The translations under genes were made by a program, and so were the position numbers. From contig DATLDE010000011.1 in the NCBI GenBank assembly GCA_035526025.1, positions 121,056 through 185,055 on the forward strand: a stretch of DNA of 64,000 nucleotides. The letters run 5' to 3'. Of this stretch, positions 21,857-30,756 are shown piece by piece (the first letter of the stretch is position 1; every line of letters begins with the position of its first letter). A model generated the notes under the pieces. That model was not told the DNA's origin. It saw only the letters and a list, made by a program, of their open reading frames with translations, and made no database searches. Origin of the DNA: Candidatus Limnocylindrales bacterium. Its GTDB lineage: Bacteria; Patescibacteriota; Microgenomatia; Levybacterales; UBA12049.

Positions 21857-22508
21857 TTCATTCAAGCAAAATTATATAAGTGCACTTATAAAAAGCGGAG
21901 GTATTAAAATTGCATCCGATGAAAACCATCTCTTCTCACAACGAAATGGTGGGAAATCCTGGATTTATTTTGATCATGGTGATTTAGTCTGCAATCCGGA
22001 AGGGAATAAAGCATTTGTAGATGCATTAAGAGCAATTATTGAGCCTCTTTTTCCGAAAAATAATACTGTTCTGCTTAACATTGTGTCTAGATGTAGTGCG
22101 CAAATTACAGGAGCAATAGCATACGCTTCTTCATATCCCCAAATCCCTTTACAAGCAGAGCAGACAATGAATCTAGAAAAGGGAACATTTCGGGTATTGA
22201 GATTACCCGTGATGAAAGATGTTAGAAACCTTGTAATTCCCGATGATGTATTAACTACCGGGAATACTGCAATTGAGACAATTGAAATTGTAAAAAAATA
22301 TACTGACTTAAGTAAAATGAGTCTTCACATCGTAGTCGGACTTGCACGAAAACCTGAAAATATAATTGATAAATTAAAGGAACACAGAATTACTCCGCAT
22401 TGGATAGCAACGCGGAACGATGTTCTAAATGATATTTGGCCAACTTTGACCACCATTCAAAAAGATGGCTTGGTAGCAGAATTTCCTGATTTCAAAGTCA
22501 CTAATTAA
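21846..22508 (+). CDS. Divergent type I phosphoribosyltransferase (PyrE-like)
   Basis: G.KS.IY.D, PRPP loop DDVLTTGNT. Confidence 0.75.
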   Translation: MKFDSFKQNYISALIKSGGIKIASDENHLFSQRNGGKSWIYFDHGDLVCNPEGNKAFVDALRAIIEPLFPKNNTVLLNIVSRCSAQITGAIAYASSYPQIPLQAEQTMNLEKGTFRVLRLPVMKDVRNLVIPDDVLTTGNTAIETIEIVKKYTDLSKMSLHIVVGLARKPENIIDKLKEHRITPHWIATRNDVLNDIWPTLTTIQKDGLVAEFPDFKVTN

Positions 22509-22580
22509 TCACTTGTCAAAAAGTTAATGCCTAAATGATCTCAAAATTCTTTTTGAAGAGGTGGACAAAAGAAGTAAAGG

Positions 22581-22865
22581 CTAATTATTTGCCAAACCGA
22601 GGTGCTTCTCTATTCTCTCAACTTTCTTATGTAAAACAACATTGTCACGGTCAAAGTAATCAATCGTAGTCTTTAGATCTTTTCTAATTTTTGTATCGTT
22701 TGTCTTAAGAATTTTTATATCCCTTAGGAGAGATCCCACGTCAGCTTGCATTGAGACCATACCTTTTTGCAACAATTTAACATCTTGTTTTATGGGCTCC
22801 ACCTCAACTTGCACCACTTCTTTTACAACATCTCTTATTTGAGTCAGATCATTTTTTGTTAGCAT
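22581..22865 (-). CDS. Small coiled-coil hypothetical protein
   Basis: MLTKNDL.QI...RIEKHLGL with heptad pattern; start moved from 23099 to avoid overlapping pyrF. Confidence 0.7.
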   Translation of the reverse strand: MLTKNDLTQIRDVVKEVVQVEVEPIKQDVKLLQKGMVSMQADVGSLLRDIKILKTNDTKIRKDLKTTIDYFDRDNVVLHKKVERIEKHLGLANN

Positions 22866-22923
22866 ATTTCCAATATACACCCTTTTCTTTTTGCTTTCAA
22901 GAGTTATATAATCATTACAATAA

Positions 22924-23745
22924 ATGAGCTTTAATGACAAACTAAATTCTGCGGTACAAAAAAACAATTCGCTTCTCAGCGTGGGCTTTGACCCTGTTGT
23001 AGATAAAATACCGCAATTTCTGATAGAAAAAGATTTTCCTTTCTTTGAATTCAATAAGGCAATTATTGATACAACGTATGACTTGGTATGCGCATACAAG
23101 TTTAATTCTGCTTTTTACGAAGCAGAGGGGGATAAAGGAATAAAAGAACTGAAAATGAGCATTAATTACATAAAAGAAAAATACCCAGAGGTTCCGACAA
23201 TTTTAGATGCGAAAAGAGGAGACATAGACAATTCAAACCAAGGGTATGTTAAATATGCGTTTGACTATTTAGGCGCAGATTCACTCACGGTAATGCCTTA
23301 CATGGGCATACAATCACTTCAGCCTTTCTTTGATAGAAAGGATAGAGGAATTATAATTGGTTGCCATTCATCAAACCCTGGAGCAAAAGAATTTCAAGAA
23401 CTTATTATAAACAACAAACCTTTATATCATATTGTCGCTGAAGAAATCATGAAACAATATGGTGACAATCCTAACTCAATGATTTTCATGGGCGCCACAT
23501 ATCCAGAGGAGCTTGGTACTATTCGAACCATAATAGGCGATAAAACCATCTTAGCTCCAGGAATCGGAGCTCAAGCAGGAACACTGGAAATGAGTGTAAG
23601 GGCAGGAGTAAATTCTCAAAATAAGGGATTGATTATTGTTATCGTAAGAGGCGTCACCTATGTATCAACTAGTGAAGATTTTGCAGAAAAAGCAAGACAA
23701 GCAGCGAAGAATTATAGAGATGAAATTAATAAATTTAGAACATAA
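22924..23745 (+). CDS. pyrF: Orotidine-5'-phosphate decarboxylase (subfamily 2)
   Basis: VGFDP, YKFN.AFY, DAKRGDI, SNPG, GAT, PGIGAQ.G. Confidence 0.95.
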   Translation: MSFNDKLNSAVQKNNSLLSVGFDPVVDKIPQFLIEKDFPFFEFNKAIIDTTYDLVCAYKFNSAFYEAEGDKGIKELKMSINYIKEKYPEVPTILDAKRGDIDNSNQGYVKYAFDYLGADSLTVMPYMGIQSLQPFFDRKDRGIIIGCHSSNPGAKEFQELIINNKPLYHIVAEEIMKQYGDNPNSMIFMGATYPEELGTIRTIIGDKTILAPGIGAQAGTLEMSVRAGVNSQNKGLIIVIVRGVTYVSTSEDFAEKARQAAKNYRDEINKFRT

Positions 23746-24413
23746 TGCTTATCATGAATAACGACGTCATAAACTTGCTAAAAAAATCGGATGGCATATT
23801 TGATGGTCACTTTGTATATACTTCCGGCAAACACGCATCGCGTTATTTAAATAAAATGTCGATTTTCTTACATCCTATATTTGCATCGGAGATGGGTAAA
23901 TTATTTGCAAATAAATATATAAATAAAAACGTTGATATTGTAGTTGCCCCAGCAATGGGGGGAATAATCCTCGGACAATGGACTGCTTACCATTTATCCA
24001 AACTTAAAAATAAAGACATATTAAGCACTTATACCGAAAAGGATAAAGGAAGCTTTACATCCGCTGCCAAAAGTAACCATATATTTACAAAAGGTAATGA
24101 AAAATATGTTGTTGGAAAAAATGTTTTGATCGTTGAAGACATTGTTACAACGGGAATTTCAGTTCAGAAAGTCGTAAAAGCAGTAAAAGATGCGGATGGA
24201 AAAATAATTGAGGTCTGTGCAATGGCCAACATCAATCCCAACCCCGGATCAATAACTGATAAACTAATCGGAGCCAAATTCTCAAGCTTAGCAGACCTTC
24301 CGGTTAATTTATACGATGAAGGGAATTGTGAATTGTGCAATAAAAATGTGCCAATTAACACTGATCTAGGACATGGTAAAAAATTCCTCGAAGAAAAGGC
24401 AAAGCAGAAATAA
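23745..24413 (+). CDS. pyrE: Orotate phosphoribosyltransferase
   Basis: GHFVYTSGKH, PAMGG, VEDIVTTG.S, C-terminal CELC. Confidence 0.88.
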   Translation: MLIMNNDVINLLKKSDGIFDGHFVYTSGKHASRYLNKMSIFLHPIFASEMGKLFANKYINKNVDIVVAPAMGGIILGQWTAYHLSKLKNKDILSTYTEKDKGSFTSAAKSNHIFTKGNEKYVVGKNVLIVEDIVTTGISVQKVVKAVKDADGKIIEVCAMANINPNPGSITDKLIGAKFSSLADLPVNLYDEGNCELCNKNVPINTDLGHGKKFLEEKAKQK

Positions 24414-24481
24414 TTCTTGCAGTTCTCTGAATTTTTTTATTAGCGATTGACAAAAATACTTAAAAGTAGTTACATATATTT

Positions 24482-25234
24482 ATGTGGCAAAGTGTTAAGG
24501 TTCCATTTCTCACTATAATATTTGCCCTTCTGTCTTTATTCATATTCACCAAGATATTTGGACCTATTCCTTTTTCAGTGAATAGCATCACGACAAATAA
24601 GCAAAACCTATTTACCGTTACCGGGACTGCCGAAGTGACTGCAATTCCTGATACAGCGATGATTTCCCTGGGAGTTAACAAAGAAAGTCCAACTGTTGAA
24701 GCCGCGAAAGAAGAAGTGAACAAGATTATCAATAAGATAACGCAGGATTTAAAAAATCTGGGTGTTGATGAAAAAGATATCAAAACTACCAACTTTTCCG
24801 TAAACCCCAAATATGATTATAGAGATGGTAATCAGAAAGAAAATGGTTTTACAGTGAATGCAAATATTGAAGTGAAACTGGACTCAGTTGAAAAAGCAAA
24901 TAATGCAATTGATATCGCTACAAAGGATGGCGCAACGCTAGTCGGAAATGTACAATTTGTTTTAGATGAAGACAAAAAACGCGAATTCGAGAAGAAAGCC
25001 AGAAAAGAAGCCATAGCAAAAGCCAAAGAAAAAGCGGGGGACATTGCAAGAGATGCTGGTATAAAACTCGGAAGAATAGTAGATGTACAGGAAAATGGGG
25101 GAGGAGCAGAGCCAAGACCATATTATGGATTAATGTCTGACACCAAACAAGCAAGTGTAGAGGAACCGACCCAATTAAGTCCTGGAGAAAACAAAGTAAT
25201 TAGCACAGTCTCCCTCTCCTACGAAACTTACTAA
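24482..25234 (+). CDS. SIMPL (DUF541) domain protein
   Basis: N-terminal TM, VTGTAEV..PD, A...AKEKA, LSPGE. Confidence 0.9.
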   Translation: MWQSVKVPFLTIIFALLSLFIFTKIFGPIPFSVNSITTNKQNLFTVTGTAEVTAIPDTAMISLGVNKESPTVEAAKEEVNKIINKITQDLKNLGVDEKDIKTTNFSVNPKYDYRDGNQKENGFTVNANIEVKLDSVEKANNAIDIATKDGATLVGNVQFVLDEDKKREFEKKARKEAIAKAKEKAGDIARDAGIKLGRIVDVQENGGGAEPRPYYGLMSDTKQASVEEPTQLSPGENKVISTVSLSYETY

Positions 25235-25242
25235 CTTCGTTA

Positions 25243-25707
25243 GAATAAACAAATACTACCAATAACCCAATAAACAAATCAACCCAGAATAATAATGAGA
25301 TTATTTTCTTTTTGAATTCAGGATTATGGTGCTGACAATCATTACAATCTCTTTTCCCTCCTGCATTAAATCCTTCATCCTAAGCTTAAAGGTGGGATTC
25401 GTATCACTGATTATTCTTAACCAATAGCTTGTTTCTTTACCTTCTTTTCTAACTATTGCATACTTTGCAATAAAATCTTTTCTACTATCCGTTCCGTCTG
25501 CTTCTTGATCGTTTGCTCCCATTGATGTTGCTGACTTTGTGATCTGTGTTATCAAAATAATATTTTCTGGAGTTCTTGGAAGTTTTTTTACTAAATTTAA
25601 AACCCGAATAACAAATTGATAAATTCTTTCATGAATGTCTTTTATTTTTTGATTATTCTCCATTTGTTATTGATTGGGTTATTTGTTTATTTGCATATTG
25701 GGTTATT
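25243..25707. mobile_element. Four-helix-bundle gene cassette flanked by inverted octamer-periodic repeats
   Basis: Left AATAAACA/AATAACCC units (25243-25296); right TGTTTATT/GGGTTATT units (25662-25707). Confidence 0.5.
25301..25663 (-). CDS. Four helix bundle protein (23S rRNA IVP-like family)
   Basis: Q..KSATSMGAN..EA, SRKDF..K..I..KE..ET.YWL. Confidence 0.9.
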   Translation of the reverse strand: MENNQKIKDIHERIYQFVIRVLNLVKKLPRTPENIILITQITKSATSMGANDQEADGTDSRKDFIAKYAIVRKEGKETSYWLRIISDTNPTFKLRMKDLMQEGKEIVMIVSTIILNSKRK

Positions 25708-26643
25708 TTACTTATTCCCACTATGAAAGGCTTTGTGGACGTCCCTAAGCTGTTTATTTGTGATATGAGTATATACCTGAGTTGTCGCGATATTTTTGTG
25801 TCCGAGCATCTCCTGGACAGATCTTATATCTGCTCCGTTCATAAGTAAATCTGTTGCAAATGAATGACGCAAGGTATGAACAGTTGCATCCACTGGCAAT
25901 CTTGCTTGTTTTGTATACTTTTTTACTATTCTTTCAATCGATCGCACTGTCAATCTCATCTTTTCTCCATTATCAATTTCTGAAACAGCCTTTGCATATC
26001 TGATAAATAATGGTTTATAACTATCTGTCCTCGCATTTTGATAATTTGCTATCCATTCAGCGGCCCGATCTGAAATAAACACAATTCTTCCTTTACCACC
26101 TTTTCCAATTACACCAAATTCCCGCCGTTCAAGGTTGATTTTATCCTGATTCAGACTTACAAGCTCAGACACACGAAGACCACTGGAAAATAACAATTCC
26201 AGAATTGCACGATCCCTAATCCCTGCTTCCTTAGAAGTATCCGGCATGGCGACCAATCTCTCTACCTGATCTCGCTCTAAAAATTTTAGACTTCTACTCT
26301 CTGTCTTGGGAAGATCTATTTTTGAGGGTTCCAGAGTTGGGACATCATTTTTTATAAGAAATCTTAGAAACGACCTGAGCGCAATTACATAATAGTTTTG
26401 GGTGACCTTTTTTCTTGTTTGGCCTTTTTCATTAATGTGATTGGCCAAATGAACTCTATATTTTCTGATAAGTGATAAATCAAGATCCTTAATCGACTTC
26501 CCCGGCAGGGTAGAGGAGTGCCATTCTTTAAATACGTCTAAGTAATGCCTATAATCACGTATGGTGAGCTTGGAGCAATTTTTTTCAATTTCCATGTACT
26601 CCAAAAATTGATCGATTAAAGAAACTAGGCTGTCGTTCTGCAT
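25708..26643 (-). CDS. Xer-family tyrosine recombinase (XerA/XerC/D-like)
   Basis: N-terminal SAM-like domain; GLRVSEL, GKGGK, HTLRHSFAT, LGH, TTQVY catalytic set. Confidence 0.95.
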   Translation of the reverse strand: MQNDSLVSLIDQFLEYMEIEKNCSKLTIRDYRHYLDVFKEWHSSTLPGKSIKDLDLSLIRKYRVHLANHINEKGQTRKKVTQNYYVIALRSFLRFLIKNDVPTLEPSKIDLPKTESRSLKFLERDQVERLVAMPDTSKEAGIRDRAILELLFSSGLRVSELVSLNQDKINLERREFGVIGKGGKGRIVFISDRAAEWIANYQNARTDSYKPLFIRYAKAVSEIDNGEKMRLTVRSIERIVKKYTKQARLPVDATVHTLRHSFATDLLMNGADIRSVQEMLGHKNIATTQVYTHITNKQLRDVHKAFHSGNK

Positions 26644-26649
26644 TATTCC

Positions 26650-26679
26650 ATTCTACGACATAATAAATTCAAATTGCAA
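26650..26679 (-). promoter_or_regulatory. xer promoter containing a dif-like half-site
   Basis: TTGCAA-18 bp-TAGAAT, 6 nt before the ATG; 26650-26665 matches 28387-28402 at 15/16. Confidence 0.7.
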
Positions 26680-26699
26680 CCCTGTGTTACAATATTTAA

Positions 26700-28115
26700 A
26701 TGAAATATAGCGAACAATATAAAGACTGTCTGGAATATATTGATGAATATTGGGATAAGATTATTTTCAAACCTTCAAGAATTCGACTGGAATATAAGTA
26801 TATAAATATTCCAACACTTCTTCCTGAAAAAAATCCAAACCCACATATCATCAACATTCCTTATTCTTATATTGTCCCAAATACAGGATTTTTTAAAAGA
26901 ATATATTACTGGGACAGCTATTTTATGTTTAAAGGATTAATCGGTACCAAACGTCAATCTGTAACCCGAAAAATGGTTGATAATTTTTTATATCTTTATG
27001 GAAAGTATCAAATAATACCAAATTTCAACGCCCCGGCATCAATTAACAGATCTCAACCGCCATTTCTCTCATCTATGATACTCGATAGCTATCTAAGCCC
27101 TCTTCATGCCCTAAAAAATAATAAATATCATACTAGTATCAGTTCAAGCGTCTATAAATTGAGAAATATGGGCTGGTTAAAACGCGCGAGTCATATTGCC
27201 AAGCAGGAATATGAAACAGTTTGGATTGATAAAGACAATCTCTATAATCACCACGTAGATGGTTATGAATTGTCACGCTATGGAGACCGGGATATTGGGT
27301 ATGCACATTCTTCAGAATTGGAATCCGGTTGGGACATGACATCCCGATTTTATAATAAATGTGACCAATTTCTACCAATTGATCTCAATTCCTATCTATT
27401 CAAATATGAAAAAGACTTTGAATACATTGCAAAGCTTTCTAATAATTCAACTGATGAAAAATACTGGAGAGAAAAATCAGAACGTCGAAAAAAGGAAATT
27501 AACAAATATATGTGGGATGATCATGAAAAATTCTTCTTTGATTATGGATATGTCTTCAAATTGGTCAGTCACTTCTTTTCACTCGCGTCCTACACTGTCC
27601 TGTGGGCTGGACTCGCAACTGAATCCCAAGCCAAACATATGGTTGAAAAACTTTCAAAATTTGAAACTCCATATGGTCTGACTATTTCGGATGCAGACTC
27701 AATTGCAAAACCCATTAATCTTGCAAAAATTCAAAGACGTTATCACCCGGCAATTAATGAGATTATAAAACCTAAGCAATGGGACTATCCGAACATCTGG
27801 TCACCTCTTGAATATCTTACAGTCATCGGGCTTCTCAAGTACGGATATGTAGATGATGCAAAAAGAATTATGGAAAAATCTGTAAGCGCTCATGCAAGGC
27901 TTTTTAAGAAACACAAAACATTCTTTGAAAAGATCAACGGCAAAACCGGTGAACCAGGCGTCGGCGCTCTGTACGGCGATCAGGAAGGTTTTGGCTGGAC
28001 AAACGCTGTGTTTTATCGCTATATTCAGATTCTTGATGCTATAGACTCCAAGCAGTCAATTTATTTATCCCCAAAGTCAAAAAAACCCCCATACACTTTA
28101 TCCATACTTCACTAG
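26700..28115 (+). CDS. Alpha,alpha-trehalase (GH37)
   Basis: YYWDSYF, NRSQPPF, ESGWD.TSR, PIDLNS, QWDYPN.W.P, EK, GFGWTN. Confidence 0.93.
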   Translation: MKYSEQYKDCLEYIDEYWDKIIFKPSRIRLEYKYINIPTLLPEKNPNPHIINIPYSYIVPNTGFFKRIYYWDSYFMFKGLIGTKRQSVTRKMVDNFLYLYGKYQIIPNFNAPASINRSQPPFLSSMILDSYLSPLHALKNNKYHTSISSSVYKLRNMGWLKRASHIAKQEYETVWIDKDNLYNHHVDGYELSRYGDRDIGYAHSSELESGWDMTSRFYNKCDQFLPIDLNSYLFKYEKDFEYIAKLSNNSTDEKYWREKSERRKKEINKYMWDDHEKFFFDYGYVFKLVSHFFSLASYTVLWAGLATESQAKHMVEKLSKFETPYGLTISDADSIAKPINLAKIQRRYHPAINEIIKPKQWDYPNIWSPLEYLTVIGLLKYGYVDDAKRIMEKSVSAHARLFKKHKTFFEKINGKTGEPGVGALYGDQEGFGWTNAVFYRYIQILDAIDSKQSIYLSPKSKKPPYTLSILH

Positions 28116-28368
28116 TGAAAAGTCCTAGATATGCTCTCCTCCGGACAAAATTAACCTAAGGGGGAGTCATATACTGATTTTAGCCTCGATTTAGCCTCAA
28201 ATTACAGTCCCATAGTGGGGGAGTGAGCGAAAAAAAGCACATTGAACCAAATAGAGAATAATAGAGATTGAATAAGGGATATTAGAATTACCAATATACA
28301 TATAAATGTTAAATAAATGCTAATTCGTAAAGTACAAAACCAGCCCTCCCCCCGGTTCTGTGCCTACG

Positions 28369-28400
28369 TTATGTCGTAAAAGTATTATTGTACGACATAA
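28369..28400. other. Putative dif site (13-bp arms, 6-bp spacer)
   Basis: TTATGTCGTAAAA-GTATTA-TTGTACGACATAA, 12/13 inverted match, 1.7 kb from the xer gene in a long intergenic region. Confidence 0.72.
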
Positions 28401-28963
28401 TAGCATATTGCTTCCCCAGGCTTAATGCCAATAAAATTGGTTTATAATCCATAGCAGACATATTTGATAAGAGTAGACTATCCATTTATCTAGATCCTTA
28501 ATGCTTAACACATGTTAATTAATTGCTATAAATTACTAATTTTATTAATAATTTGTAGCTTAGAGACCACTTCCCTAAGATAGAAGAGATTTGCTCTTGT
28601 ACTGACTAAGAAAAGAATATTAAACAGGTGAACATTCTCTGAAGCTTTCAGTTGCACTGATTAGCAAAGTTAAGAATGCATAGATATATATAATAGTCTG
28701 GTTAAACATTGATAATCGTTTAGACTGTTGAATCAATCTAATTTACACATTTTAGCCTCAAAATAATTGAAAAAGAGATGTTCGTATTTTTTTTATCACT
28801 TCGCGTGGAGTATGATAGTCTAGTATACTACTCTGAAGTAAACTAGAAGAAAATATTAATCTAATTAATATACAATTGTAGACAAGCAACTACATTGCTT
28901 TCTATTATACACCCTCTGTGTTACAAGTTAATAAATACATGTATCAAACTATATCATTTAGCC

Positions 28964-28994
28964 TGTGAAAAGTCTCTGTGAAAAGTTATCCACA
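28964..28994. promoter_or_regulatory. DnaA-box cluster (possible oriC or DnaA-titration site)
   Basis: Perfect TTATCCACA at 28986-28994 next to two TGTGAAAAG at 28964 and 28977; AT-rich flanks. Confidence 0.55.
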
Positions 28995-29075
28995 TACTAT
29001 ATCATAGTATATCACTTTTATTATAGGACTTATAGTTTTTACCCTCTCTCCTCTTCCCCATTCTCTTCTCAGTAA

Positions 29076-29927
29076 TTATTTTCCCCACGGTGTAAAAAGA
29101 ATTAATACAAAAAAAACAAGACAACCTACCCAGACATATTCCCACATAATTCCTTTAAAAAGCCGTCTCTCGAACCATATATGAGATAGGCCAACTATGG
29201 CATAAAAAAAACCTGTGAGAAAAAGTGCAATAAAGGTTGGACTGCTGGGCCAAAACCATAAAAGCGAGGCTGCTTCAATCAGACATGCTGTTAGTATAAA
29301 TACCCAAGTGAAAATTGAGCGGGATGGCTTTATAAGCGTATAGGTCCACAAAGAGTGAAATATTAAAGCTGAACTGTATATTATCATCAGTATTATCACT
29401 ACAAAAATATTTAAATGGAGAGTAAAAACAATATTTGTGAGAAAAAAGAATGATAGCAGCGTTGCTACAAAAGACACAATGCGTGCACCCGAAAGAAGAG
29501 TTATTGTTCTAATTGAGGAAATTGAGAGAATATTCTGACTTAAGAATACGGAGTACAGACCAAATGCAAAAATTGCTGCCAGAACTAATCTGAACGCAAA
29601 TGCAGTAGGTGTTAAAAAGTAAAACATTCCAAAACTCAGGCTATAAAAAAACGGAAGTATAAATGCCTCAAGCGTGCGATTTTCTTTAAGATCAGGATGA
29701 ATTGCCCAATACAAAATTATAGTTGTCAGTATAGCGATTATAACTGGGATAAAAATTCCTGATTTTCCAAACTGAAACTCTGCAAAAAATAAACCGAGTG
29801 AAAGAAGAACCGTCCCGATAACAAATTTATGTCTCTTTTCAATTGAAAACTTAAAGCTCTTTCTCCCCTTTTTTACATTTGAGGCTTGTTTAATACTTGA
29901 ACTTTGTTGGGACGAATTACTGATCAT
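29076..29927 (-). CDS. Multi-pass membrane protein (DUF5656-like)
   Basis: About nine hydrophobic helices; NI..ISSIRTI.L, FWP, EY motifs. Confidence 0.7.
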   Translation of the reverse strand: MISNSSQQSSSIKQASNVKKGRKSFKFSIEKRHKFVIGTVLLSLGLFFAEFQFGKSGIFIPVIIAILTTIILYWAIHPDLKENRTLEAFILPFFYSLSFGMFYFLTPTAFAFRLVLAAIFAFGLYSVFLSQNILSISSIRTITLLSGARIVSFVATLLSFFFLTNIVFTLHLNIFVVIILMIIYSSALIFHSLWTYTLIKPSRSIFTWVFILTACLIEAASLLWFWPSSPTFIALFLTGFFYAIVGLSHIWFERRLFKGIMWEYVWVGCLVFFVLILFTPWGK

Positions 29928-30678
29928 TTAATATACTTTCCATTATATTGTCATCTATATCAAAATTTACATATACCTTATGAACATCATCCAATTCTTC
30001 TAATAGATCAATAAATTTAATCGCTTTTTGCGCTTGCTCTTTGTCCGTAAGAGTATTTATGCTTACAGGTTTCCAAATCAGCCTCGTTTCTCGAATTTTA
30101 ATTGCTTTTTCCAGTAAAGCGTTTCGGGCTTTTGCAAGGTCATCCGATTTGGTATATATAATCGCATCAGTATCTGAATCCTCTATATCTTCTGCATAAC
30201 AATCTGCTGCAATAAGAAATATGTCATCAAGTGACTGCCCGTTTTTTGAAACAGTAATTACGCCTGTTTTTTCAAACTGATACATAACGCTTCCTGCAAC
30301 CCCCATACTGCCCCCATTTTTTTCAAAAGCATTTTTTACTTCTGCAACAGTTCGTTGTTTTTTATCGGTTAGTGTTTCAACAATCACGCTAAATCCCCCT
30401 GGCCCAAATCCCTCATAAAAAATTTCCTCAATGTCCCCTGCTTGCTTACCACTCGCCCGCTCTATAGCCCTAGTTATATTTTCCTTAGGCATGTTTGCAG
30501 CCCGCGCTTCATCTACTGCTAATCGAAGACGAAAGTTACTATTGGGATCAGCCACACCACCACCTTCTCTTACAGCAGTAGTAATACTATAAGATAGTTT
30601 AGTGAATACCTGGCCACGTTTTTGATCTTTTGTTCCTTTTTGTCTTTTAATGGTTGACCACTTTGAATGCCCTGACAT
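29917..30678 (-). CDS. yebC: YebC/PmpR family protein
   Basis: MSGHSKWSTIKRQK, NMPKENI.RAI, YEGFGPGG, LEELDDV..VY.N. Confidence 0.97.
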   Translation of the reverse strand: MSGHSKWSTIKRQKGTKDQKRGQVFTKLSYSITTAVREGGGVADPNSNFRLRLAVDEARAANMPKENITRAIERASGKQAGDIEEIFYEGFGPGGFSVIVETLTDKKQRTVAEVKNAFEKNGGSMGVAGSVMYQFEKTGVITVSKNGQSLDDIFLIAADCYAEDIEDSDTDAIIYTKSDDLAKARNALLEKAIKIRETRLIWKPVSINTLTDKEQAQKAIKFIDLLEELDDVHKVYVNFDIDDNIMESILNDQ

Positions 30679-30756
30679 AGGGCATCATTATACCTAATCT
30701 ATCTTGACATTTGCAAGAATTGTTAGTAAACTTCTGGAAGTCTTTCAATCCACACA

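Noticed and set aside
22866-23099. N-terminal extension of ORF 22581-23099
   Set aside because: It overlaps pyrF antisense and its promoter; the plausible start is 22865.
25301-25663. Avd of a diversity-generating retroelement
   Set aside because: No reverse transcriptase or TR/VR pair seen in the window.
25708-26643. Prophage or island integrase
   Set aside because: Size and motifs fit a Xer recombinase; no phage or conjugation genes nearby, and no att duplication seen at tRNA-Leu.
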